DNA of 64,000 nt from a bacterium. Its GTDB lineage: Bacteria; Hinthialibacterota; Hinthialibacteria; Hinthialibacterales; Hinthialibacteraceae. The stretch is from assembly GCA_963662285.2 (NCBI GenBank), contig CAXXMV010000003.1:256001-320000 (forward strand), written 5' to 3'. The notes under the pieces are model-generated. The model saw only the letters and a program-made list of their open reading frames with translations. It did not search any database and was not told where the DNA came from. A program made the translations under genes and the position numbers. Positions 46,675-55,829 of this stretch are shown one piece after another (position 1 is the first letter of the stretch; every line of letters starts with the position of its first letter).

Positions 46675-48987
46675 TCATTGCAATGCTGGTGGATCAACTT
46701 TTTCTCCCTTGATCTGCGCCAGTTGTTCATCTTCTGAATAAGTTCCATAAAACGATGCGTTGCCGTCCAGCCATAGATAAAGCCGCTTCATTTCATCATT
46801 ATTCAATTTGACCATATTTCTCTTAATATGATTACTGATAATCCCAGTGAGAGGGCTATTATCAGAAGGCATCTCTTCAGGCAGCGTAACTGTTTGACGA
46901 ATGCTGCTATCGCCCCACTCATACCATTTAACATAAGGTTTAAGAGTATGATACGATACTAAAAAGCCGTCTTTTTCTGCTCCGCAAAGATTGGGGCGCT
47001 TTTCATTCTTTCCTTTGCCGTCATGGCATCCAACGCAGTGCTGGTCGAGAATCGGTTGAACCAGACGCGAATAGTTCCAGGGTAGGGAACCATCAGGTCC
47101 CGGTTTTATCTGAGAAGGTTTTCGTTTAAATGCGATGGGCTGAGTATTCCTGGCAACCGTTCCCGGAGTTTCATGGCACCCGACGCAGCCCCGCTGTTCT
47201 CCCGGTTGAAGATAAATCAGGCTGCGCATCCCCTGAACCGCCTTGCCATTATCATCTATGGCTTGGAATAATATTGGCTTACTGGCGGGAACGCGGAAAA
47301 AGGCTGAACCATCTTTTTCGACCGGAACTGAACCAAGCAGCATTCGGGCTGATTCAGCATTAGCGTAACCCAGTCTCGGTTTGTTAGCTACATGAGTCTC
47401 GCTTTTTGGTAATATCTGAAAGATGTTTAAGGTTTTAATCTTTCGGGCGCCGGATTTTTCATAAAGACTGGTATTGATATCTGAAAGTAATAATTCCCCT
47501 TCATTTTCTAAATTTGAGTCCAAAGCTGAAGGTACAACCGGAGGAACGGTTCTCGGCGCCAGAGGTATGGGGTACATAGAGGAGATGCCTTCTTCTCTAT
47601 AAAGCAGTTCCATATTGCCGAAGCGGTCAAACAGGTATAGACCGGTAGTGGTATCTTCATCAACATGCGGACCCATTCCCGGCAGTGGATCGAAACTGAA
47701 GGAGACCAGATAATAATTCTCTGATAATGGCCAGGGGCTATGGAAATAACTGTTAGGCCATCCATTGGCTTCTGGAAAACAGACTTCAGGGGTCAGTAAT
47801 TCCAATGAGCTGAAATCATCTTCTCCAGTCTTTTTGTGAATCTTAATTTTTGTAGGATCAACCACCACCAACGAACCGCCTACATCTGCATGATGCGCTC
47901 CAGCCACAAAAACGATTTTGTTTGATCCTGGAATCGCTCTGGGCTGGTAACAGGCGTTTAGATTCTTGGTGTAATTTCCAAACAGTATTGATGGATTAGA
48001 ACCATCAGGATTGCTGATCCATAATCCATGGAAATTGGCTGCAGAGCGGTCTATGTAATCCCATCTTGTATAGACGATGCGTCCATCATGGAGCACGCTG
48101 GGGTGCCATTCATTGGTTTCATGGAAGGATAGCGTCTTGATATTTTGACCATCACTCTTCATGCGATGCAACGTATAGCAGGGCAGAGGTTCCCAGGGAT
48201 TATGGCATCTACCGAAGCCGCCGCGCCGCGTCGACATGAATGCAACATCCCCGCCGGGTAATTCGCACGGATCGAAATCATCGTATATTCCGTCAGTTAA
48301 TTGCTTGAGATTGCCGCCATTACAGTCCATGGAGTATATATGGAAACATTTTCGCTGGTCTGAATAATAATCCGGCTTTTGTTCCGCCCGTTCTGCGAAG
48401 GCGAAATAGATAGACTTGGCGTCATAGGATAGTGATAGAGTGGTGAAATTGCCTTTGGGCAAGCGATGCTTAGTCAGATCGCTGGTTTGCATGGAGTAAC
48501 CCGGATTATCCAGTTTATAAACTCCGCCGCCAGAGATGTCTCTGTAATCATAAAAATAACCCAGATATTCATGGAGCATTTGGCAGATAAAACGGCGGCG
48601 TTTGAGGAAAACAATTGGCGATGATTCAATTAGAGGATTCTGGAAGGATATATCACGGATTAACCATCGAATCTGCTTGTACAAAGCAAACCGTTCGGCT
48701 TCATCCATAGATTCAAGATTATTGATCTGTTTTTTATAGATTTTAAATAACTCAAACTCTATTTCCAGATTCAACTCGCTTGATTCCGATAAATCAACCA
48801 GGAGTTTTTCGCATCTTTCCAATGATTCATAAATAGCTATTAAATCCGACGAGGAGCGTCCTTTTCTTTCTTCCTGTAATTGCCAATCATATTCAATGGC
48901 TGATCTGAATTTATCAGAAATGGAATAACAAATCTGGCAAGTTACAAAACAGCAGCAAGCAGTGATGAGTAGACGTGAAAACCGCAT
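46675..48987 (-). CDS. Secreted beta-propeller protein with hydrazine synthase alpha-like middle domain and two c-type heme motifs
   Basis: DDFDPCELP, EWHPSVLHDGRIVYTRWDY, PVEKDGSAFFRVPA, QPGEQRGCVGCHE, HCVGCHD. Confidence 0.8.
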   Translation of the reverse strand: MRFSRLLITACCCFVTCQICYSISDKFRSAIEYDWQLQEERKGRSSSDLIAIYESLERCEKLLVDLSESSELNLEIEFELFKIYKKQINNLESMDEAERFALYKQIRWLIRDISFQNPLIESSPIVFLKRRRFICQMLHEYLGYFYDYRDISGGGVYKLDNPGYSMQTSDLTKHRLPKGNFTTLSLSYDAKSIYFAFAERAEQKPDYYSDQRKCFHIYSMDCNGGNLKQLTDGIYDDFDPCELPGGDVAFMSTRRGGFGRCHNPWEPLPCYTLHRMKSDGQNIKTLSFHETNEWHPSVLHDGRIVYTRWDYIDRSAANFHGLWISNPDGSNPSILFGNYTKNLNACYQPRAIPGSNKIVFVAGAHHADVGGSLVVVDPTKIKIHKKTGEDDFSSLELLTPEVCFPEANGWPNSYFHSPWPLSENYYLVSFSFDPLPGMGPHVDEDTTTGLYLFDRFGNMELLYREEGISSMYPIPLAPRTVPPVVPSALDSNLENEGELLLSDINTSLYEKSGARKIKTLNIFQILPKSETHVANKPRLGYANAESARMLLGSVPVEKDGSAFFRVPASKPILFQAIDDNGKAVQGMRSLIYLQPGEQRGCVGCHETPGTVARNTQPIAFKRKPSQIKPGPDGSLPWNYSRLVQPILDQHCVGCHDGKGKNEKRPNLCGAEKDGFLVSYHTLKPYVKWYEWGDSSIRQTVTLPEEMPSDNSPLTGIISNHIKRNMVKLNNDEMKRLYLWLDGNASFYGTYSEDEQLAQIKGEKVDPPALQ

Positions 48988-49144
48988 TTCTATCTCCTGA
49001 ATATAAAAGAATCATTGCATCTTTAGAGCAATTCTAACAAAAGAGTGTAAGATTATTTGTGCTTTTATATGTATTTTATTTATAGAATATAGGAAAGAAA
49101 TACTGGAGGATAGTGATAAATCAGGTCATATATCTCAAATTTAC

Positions 49145-49621
49145 TTATGAAATCGTTTCTTCTCGAATATCCTGGGTGAAATTTGATGTATGAGCAGTAG
49201 TACGTATTTTATAAACCGTATCGACAAAATCTTCTTTATCTTCTATAGAGCCTTCACTGCGGATGATCCGGATCATCTCCTGGCTGGCCATATCATCAAA
49301 AATTCTTGTTGAATCAAGGACTTGAAGCGCTTTTTTATATGGATACCTTTTGACCATATACTTTAGCGTTAATTCCTCTTTAGGATCCAATCCCAAAAAC
49401 TGTAATTGATCAATAAATTTTCTATAAATTTTTCTTCTTTGATATATATAAAAACTAAAAGAACAGATAAAGAGCAATAAAATTATGCCTCCAACAGCTG
49501 AAAAGATAGAAGTTGGTTCCAACCACTGAGAACTCATGTTTTCGATGATTGATGCTGTAGGTTGTCCTGAAACAATTAATGGCTCAAAATGACTTCCAAC
49601 TAAAGTTGAAAATATAGACAT
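49145..49621 (-). CDS. Hypothetical membrane protein
   Basis: 158-aa ORF with one TM segment. Confidence 0.55.
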   Translation of the reverse strand: MSIFSTLVGSHFEPLIVSGQPTASIIENMSSQWLEPTSIFSAVGGIILLLFICSFSFYIYQRRKIYRKFIDQLQFLGLDPKEELTLKYMVKRYPYKKALQVLDSTRIFDDMASQEMIRIIRSEGSIEDKEDFVDTVYKIRTTAHTSNFTQDIREETIS

Positions 49622-49948
49622 GTATTTATACCTGGATGTATAAGTAAATACTTATCAGTTAGTTTTTAATAGGTTACGTGACATGCGCCCACAATAATAA
49701 AAAATATAGATTGACTATATTACTGTCGTCATCTTATGTAATTTACTTAAACTTTATTTAACTTCAATTTGCTAAATAAATAAACTAGAAAAAACGAAAA
49801 ACAGAAGATAATATCATATTTAAATCGGACAAATATGATATCCGCTTCAAATAACGCATGTTACAGAGTAAAAATTACATTATTAAGAGATTGTCAGTGA
49901 AAATCAGTTTATAAGGTAATTGTATTCTAACTGAAAAATGATAAAAAC

Positions 49949-51662
49949 TCATGCATTCTTTTGAATTTTTTTCCACGAATCGCGTAGAGTTGCGGTTCTG
50001 TTGAAAACCAGATTATCCTGAGTTGAATCCTGATCAACGCAGAAATAACCCAATCTTTCGAATTGACAACTGTATCCCGGTTCTACTGAAGCCAGTGATG
50101 GTTCGAGATAGCATTCAGTTAAGGTCTTCAATGAATCGGGATTAAGGTTATCTTTCCAATCAGCGCCCTCTGCAACAGCAAGAGGATTCTCGTTCGTAAA
50201 GAGATAATCGTATAGATTAACTGTGGCTTTGACGGCATGTTGAGCCGATACCCAGTGGATGGTTCCTTTAACCTTGCGGCCATCGGGAGCATCTCCTCCA
50301 CGGGTGGCGGGATCATAGGTGCAATGAATTTCCACAATCGCACCGTTATCATCTTTCACCACGTCCTGACAGGTCAAGAAGTAGGCGTAGCGGAAACGCA
50401 CTTCACGCCCGATGCCCAGACGGAAGAATTTACGCGGCGGATTCTCCATGAAGTCGTCGCGTTCAATATATAGTTCGCGTGAGAATGGAACTATGCGTGA
50501 ACCGGCTGTTGGGTCTTCGGGATTATTTATAGCGTCAAGTTCATCAACTTGATTTTCCGGGTAGTTTGTTATAACAACTTTAATTGGATCCAACACGGCC
50601 ATAACGCGGGGAGCGATCTTGTTGAGATGTTCGCGCAGGCAATGCTCCAGCTGTTGGATTTCAATAGTGCCATCGCTTTTACTGACTCCAACGCGCCGGC
50701 ATAATTCAAGGATGGCTTCCGGTGTATAGCCGCGACGGCGCATTCCACAGAGGGTTGGCAGTCTGGGATCATCCCAACCGCTGACGCAGCCTTGTTCGAC
50801 CAGTTCCCGCAGATAGCGTTTGCTGAGAACGGTATAAGTAAGATTCAAGCGTCCGAATTCATACTGTTTGGAAGGGAATATGCCCAGCTGTTCGATGAAC
50901 CAATCGTAAAGTGGTCTATGATTGGCGAAACCGATGTCACAGATGGAATGAGTCACCTTCTCGATAGAGTCGGATTGACCATGGGTCCAATCGTACATCG
51001 GATAAATGCACCATTTATCACCCGTGCGGTAATGATCGGTATGAATGATGCGGTACATCACCGGGTCGCGCATGTTGAGGTTGGGATGCGCCATATCTAT
51101 TTTAGCGCGCAGGGTTTTTGATCCATCGGGGAACTCACCATCACGCATACGCTGGAAAAGGTCGAGATTCTCTTCTACAGAACGGCTGCGGTAGGGGCTA
51201 TTTTTACCCGGAGGGGTTTCCCGTTTTGCCATCCTCTCCAAAACCGGCGGTGCCGCGATACTCACGAATCTCGTCTTCGTTGAGGTCGCAGACGTAGGCC
51301 GCGCCCTTTTTAATCAGTTCAACCGCCCAGTCGTAGAGTTGATCGAAATAATCTGATGCGTAATAAAGCCGGTCTTCCCAATCGAAGCCCAGCCACTTTA
51401 TATCTTTCTGGATGGCGTCGACGTATTCGGTCTTCTCTTTAGCCGGATTGGTGTCGTCGAAACGCAGGTTGTATTTTCCATTGAACGCTTCCGCAATTCC
51501 ATAGGTAATGCTTATCGCCTTGGCATGACCGATATGAAGATAACCGTTCGGCTCAGGAGGGAAGCGGGTATGCACGCGACCCTCATGCAGTCCGGCTTCA
51601 ACATCGGCTTGGACGATATCTCGGATAAAATTGGAAGGGGATTTAATTTCGTTATCTGACAT
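49949..51662 (-). CDS. glnS: Glutamine--tRNA ligase, split by a +1 frameshift near 51204-51232
   Basis: 5' ORF has [17 protein letters not shown] and RFDDTNP; 3' ORF has [40 protein letters not shown]. Confidence 0.92.
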
Positions 51663-51710
51663 TCAGTTGCTCCGTATGGTTGTTTTGATTTAATTAGGGT
51701 TACGTAATTC

Positions 51711-51786
51711 AACCCTCTCCTAACCTCTCCCAATCTTGGGAGAGGAATGCTTGTCCGTAGGGTGGGTCGCGCTTTTTTGACCCACC
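51711..51786. repeat. Adjacent CCCTCTCCC-type and GTAG-type REPs
   Basis: aaccctctcctaacctctcccaatcttgggagagga plus gtagggtgggtcgcgcttttttgacccacc. Confidence 0.78.
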
Positions 51787-51799
51787 GATTTTAACCACC

Positions 51800-53236
51800 C
51801 TAATCACGCTCAATAGTCTTCGCAAATTCGATGGCGTCATTAAGTCGTTGCGCCACTTTCTCGTTGCCTAACAGGCCGATTACGTCGAAGATCGGAGGGC
51901 TGACATTCGACCCGGTCAACGCCAATCTGACGGCTTGGGCGAAAAGCCGCATTTTGATATCTCGTTTTTCCATTATTTCTTTAAATGCGTTTTCCCAATC
52001 CTCATGAGAGAGTGTCTCCCCTGAATGATCTGCCGTAAATGATGATAAATCAGCGACCGCAGTCATAACTTCGGGCTTAAAAGCTTTACGGGATTCTTTC
52101 TCAGGGTAAACATATTCGTCTTGATAAACAAAAGCGATTTTCTCATATATTTCATCCAGCGTACGAACCCGTTCACGGGTGCAGCTGGCGATCTGGTTTA
52201 CAAATTCAACATCCTGACATTGATCCCGGGTAAGAATGCCCTTTGCTAAGGCGAATTCTACGAAACGGCGCCCAAGTTCTTCAACAGGAAGCAGTTTGAT
52301 ATGTTCGCCGTTGATCCATTCCAGTTTCTGTGGATCGAAAACGGCGGCTGATTTATTACAGGCGTCAAGCGAAAATAGTTCCACCAGTTCTTGTTTAGAG
52401 AATAATTCCTGATCTCCATGTCCCCATCCCAACCGCGCCAGATAGTTCATTATCGCTTCTGGCAGATAACCTTGCTCGCGGTACTCCATAACGCCAGTAG
52501 CGCCATGCCGTTTTGAAAGACGGGCTTTATCCTGACCTAGAATTTGGGGGAGATGAGCAAAAATTGGTAGATCATATCCAAGTGACTGATAAATCTGTAC
52601 TTGTTTGATGGTATTATTGAGGTGATCGTCGCCGCGTATGACATGGGTGATCTTCATATCATGGTCATCCACCACAACCGCGAAATTATAGATTGGCGTT
52701 CCATCGCTGCGAACCAGGATTATATCGTCAATTTCCCGGTTGGAAATTTCGACGTCACCACGGATTGGATCATTAATTTTGGTGCAGCCATCTTGAGGAG
52801 TCTTGAGCCTTACGCAGTAAGGCGTTCCATCATCCGCATGACCTGCGTCACGGCAGCAACCGTCATACATGGCAGTTTTCCCGGCATCCTGCTGTTCCTG
52901 GCGCAGAGCATCAAGTCTTTCAGGAGTGCAGCGGCAGCGGTAAGCCAAACCGGCATCAAGTAGACGAAGCGCCTCTTCTTTATGGCGTTCGATCCTCTGG
53001 CTTTGATAGACCGGCTCTTCATCCCATTCCATGCCCATCCAGCGCAGACTGTCAAGAATTGCGGTTTCGTACTCTTTTTTAGATCGTTCTTTATCGGTAT
53101 CTTCGATGCGAAGCAGGAATTGTCCGCCATTATGACGCGCTAAAAGATAGTTATAGAGAGCAGTACGGAAATTGCCAACATGAGGATTTCCGGTTGGACT
53201 GGGCGCGAAACGGACGCGAAATGAATCTGATGCCAT
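51800..53236 (-). CDS. gltX: Glutamate--tRNA ligase
   Basis: RFAPSPTG.PHVGN, RIEDTD, IRGDDHL.NT, RLSKRHG. Confidence 0.96.
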   Translation of the reverse strand: MASDSFRVRFAPSPTGNPHVGNFRTALYNYLLARHNGGQFLLRIEDTDKERSKKEYETAILDSLRWMGMEWDEEPVYQSQRIERHKEEALRLLDAGLAYRCRCTPERLDALRQEQQDAGKTAMYDGCCRDAGHADDGTPYCVRLKTPQDGCTKINDPIRGDVEISNREIDDIILVRSDGTPIYNFAVVVDDHDMKITHVIRGDDHLNNTIKQVQIYQSLGYDLPIFAHLPQILGQDKARLSKRHGATGVMEYREQGYLPEAIMNYLARLGWGHGDQELFSKQELVELFSLDACNKSAAVFDPQKLEWINGEHIKLLPVEELGRRFVEFALAKGILTRDQCQDVEFVNQIASCTRERVRTLDEIYEKIAFVYQDEYVYPEKESRKAFKPEVMTAVADLSSFTADHSGETLSHEDWENAFKEIMEKRDIKMRLFAQAVRLALTGSNVSPPIFDVIGLLGNEKVAQRLNDAIEFAKTIERD

Positions 53237-53399
53237 AATATAAAGACCTACTTTCGTATTATCGAATAATCAAATTACCTCTCCCTCAAGGGTTAGAGTG
53301 AGGGCGAAGTGCGTTATTTGAAATGCATATTCTGAAAGTTTATTGCCGGAAGGACGTTTCACAAAGTGGTTTTGGATTAAATAAGGTAAATGAAAGAAG

Positions 53400-53433
53400 A
53401 AATCCCTTCTTCTGTAGTAGAAGAAGGGATTTT
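53400..53433. terminator. Probable intrinsic terminator hairpin
   Basis: aaatcccttcttct-gtagt-agaagaagggattt. Confidence 0.65.
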
Positions 53434-53490
53434 CAATCATTCGGGTTAATAGTATATCCTGTTGGTTTTGTTAAGCAGTTTTTCTCATTT

Positions 53491-53525
53491 CCCCTCACCC
53501 TAGCCCTCTACCGGCGGGAGAGGGA
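53491..53525 (-). repeat. CCCTCTCCC-type REP (degenerate partner at 53278-53305)
   Basis: cccctcaccctagccctctaccggcgggagaggga, reverse complement of the 9253-type copy. Confidence 0.75.
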
Positions 53526-53543
53526 ACTGGATTTCCTAAATTA

Positions 53544-54887
53544 CTAAATCAACGATTTAACATTTTTGTGAACTTTGCGCACCGCTTCGGCGATTTGATC
53601 CATGTCGTTGCGCGTTCCCAGCATCATGTTTTGGAAGAACCAGAGCGCTTCTTCTGTGCATAAACGGTCATTGGCGGGACATTGGTTTTCTTGCAAGTAT
53701 TTATCGATTATTTCTTTGCTATAAACCTTAGCAAAGGGTTCTGAACGTAGAGTTTTCTCTACAAAAGGTTCTTTGTTTAATGGAGTATATCCACTGGCGC
53801 ATGGAATGCCTTCAGCTCTTATTGCTTCAATTACTTTGCCACGGGAGGCGCCGCCGAATTTATCTTTATCGTAACGCATCATATAGAGGTGATATGCGTT
53901 GCGGGTGCAGCCCTTGTACATCTTAGCTGGAGTGATACCTGGAATCTCATCCAATTGTTTCGATAGATAATCGGCGTTATCTTCACGGGTTTTGGCGAAT
54001 TCATCTAATCTGCCTAATTGTTTAAGTAAAAGCACTCCCTGAAATTCTGTCATACGCAGATTGGCGCCGTTGTTGGCATATTGAAAACCATAGGTATTGG
54101 TACGTTCGCGGCCATTGGATTGGAATGAGAAGATACGATCCATTAATTTTGTGTTATTGCTGATAATAGCGCCGCCATCTCCAGAACTCAGGTTCTTGGT
54201 AACCTGGAAACTAAAACATCCAACATCGCCGACTGAACCGGACTTCTTGCCTTGCCATTCGCCCATGTGCGCCTGACAAGCGTCTTCAATCACATGTAGG
54301 TTATGTTTCTTGGCGATAGACATGATTTTGTCCATATCGCACATATTGCCGCCCAGGTGTACGGGGATGATAGCGCGGGTTTTATCGGTTATTTTCTCTT
54401 CGATCTTGCTGGCGTCCATCTGAAATGTTGCTGGATCAGTGTCGACGAAAACGGGCAGGGCATGCTGTAAAAATACGACATTAACCGTGGCTACAAAGGT
54501 ATAAGGCGGAACAAGCACTTCGTCTCCAGGTCCAATACTGAGACCGTTTAATGATCCAAACAGGGCGCTGGTTCCACTATTGGTTGCGATGCAATCTGTG
54601 ACGCCCATTAGTTTTGCGTAATCGGCTTCAAAGGTTTTGACCTTGTCACCATTCAAACGGCACCAGCCGCGATCATGCAAGACATCCAACCATACTTTAT
54701 CGTAACTTTCGTCGATTTGAGGCCAGGATAGGAATCCATCGGTACGAACCGGTTTGCCGCCCTGAACCGCCAGTTTACTGGATTGTCCAATTGTTTCTGA
54801 CGCTAAAGCCGGTACAGCAAAGGAAGCTAATCCCGCTGTTGCTGTTGTTTTCAAAAAACTTCTACGTTTCAAACTTGTGTTATTCAT
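53544..54887 (-). CDS. DegT/DnrJ/EryC1/StrS PLP aminotransferase with Tat signal
   Basis: LKRRSFL; NSGTSAL, PPYTFVAT, IEDACQAH, FSFQVTKNL..GDGG. Confidence 0.92.
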   Translation of the reverse strand: MNNTSLKRRSFLKTTATAGLASFAVPALASETIGQSSKLAVQGGKPVRTDGFLSWPQIDESYDKVWLDVLHDRGWCRLNGDKVKTFEADYAKLMGVTDCIATNSGTSALFGSLNGLSIGPGDEVLVPPYTFVATVNVVFLQHALPVFVDTDPATFQMDASKIEEKITDKTRAIIPVHLGGNMCDMDKIMSIAKKHNLHVIEDACQAHMGEWQGKKSGSVGDVGCFSFQVTKNLSSGDGGAIISNNTKLMDRIFSFQSNGRERTNTYGFQYANNGANLRMTEFQGVLLLKQLGRLDEFAKTREDNADYLSKQLDEIPGITPAKMYKGCTRNAYHLYMMRYDKDKFGGASRGKVIEAIRAEGIPCASGYTPLNKEPFVEKTLRSEPFAKVYSKEIIDKYLQENQCPANDRLCTEEALWFFQNMMLGTRNDMDQIAEAVRKVHKNVKSLI

Positions 54888-54974
54888 TATTTATCCCTCC
54901 AAAATTGAACATTTATTTAACCAAATTGTTTTATCGGGCAATGTTATTAAGTTAAGGTATTTCATCCAATCTAT

Positions 54975-55019
54975 GGTGGTTTGATCAAGGGCTGACCGCA
55001 TTGCGGTTTTACCTTTGCC
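54975..55019 (-). repeat. Third copy of the nested-hairpin repeat seen at 8076 and 9321
   Basis: Reverse complement ggcaaaggtaaaaccgcaatgcggtcagcccttgatcaaaccacc. Confidence 0.7.
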
Positions 55020-55110
55020 ACTCATCGCGCCCAACTTAGCGATGGTATATGGATTAGAATAATATAGAATATCAAAAAAATGTATAATTAGCCAGATGAG
55101 AGTTTCATTT

Positions 55111-55151
55111 AAAAAAAATAACGCCCGGAATAATTATTTCGGGCGTTATTT
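55111..55151 (-). terminator. Intrinsic terminator
   Basis: aaataacgcccggaat...atttcgggcgttattt with an A-run on the plus strand (U-tract on minus). Confidence 0.75.
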
Positions 55152-55172
55152 GATATGCGGCTAAAACTTGAT

Positions 55173-55739
55173 TTAATCTTGTTTTCCTATAGAAAAAGCT
55201 TTACCGAGGCAATCACCGATTTTATAATAGGCCTGGTTGCCTGGAGCATAAAGCAATGGGCGGACTTTTTCTATATCAGTTACGCCAAATTCGTTGACCA
55301 CATCATTTTCAGCTTTAACATCCATGATCTCGCCTACGAATTGAGTATGCAAACCAATTTTTAATATGTGGATGACTTTACATTCCAAAACCATGGGACA
55401 TTGGTCGAAATAGGGTGCATTGACCAATTCGCTCTTTACGGCTGTAAGACCTGACTCTTCATACTTATTTACGTTAGGTCCAGACGCCATGCCGGAAAAA
55501 TCAACTTCTTTAACCAAATCCTCAGAAGGAATATTCACAGTAAATGCCTGGTTCTTTTGAATGCATTCGTAAGTATAAGTCTCTTCTCTGATGGATATGG
55601 CCACGCATGGCGGTTGGCTGCAGCAGATGCCTCCCCATGCTACGGTCATAACATGGGGATTGGCGTTTTTATCGTAAGTTCCAACTAAAAAAACAGGAGT
55701 TGGATACACAACATTTTTGGGTCCAAGCGATTGTTTCAT
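55173..55739 (-). CDS. Flavin reductase family protein (flavoredoxin-like)
   Basis: YPTPVFLVGTYD, MTVAWGG, FTVNIP, ECKV...IGLHTQFVGEI. Confidence 0.9.
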   Translation of the reverse strand: MKQSLGPKNVVYPTPVFLVGTYDKNANPHVMTVAWGGICCSQPPCVAISIREETYTYECIQKNQAFTVNIPSEDLVKEVDFSGMASGPNVNKYEESGLTAVKSELVNAPYFDQCPMVLECKVIHILKIGLHTQFVGEIMDVKAENDVVNEFGVTDIEKVRPLLYAPGNQAYYKIGDCLGKAFSIGKQD

Positions 55740-55829
55740 TGTTTTGATTACTTTCCAAAGCAGTTATTTTAAGAATAGAGAAATAATCTATTCTTTCTCA
55801 AAGCCATACATCGCCGGACGACATAGAGT

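Noticed and set aside
46675-48987. Evidence of anammox metabolism
   Set aside because: Only a partial HzsA-like domain, with no hzsBC cluster
49622-49948. Long AT-rich intergenic regions (also 41200-41480, 57600-57920, 59760-60010) as ncRNA or replication origin
   Set aside because: No DnaA-box cluster, tRNA cloverleaf or recognisable riboswitch motif seen
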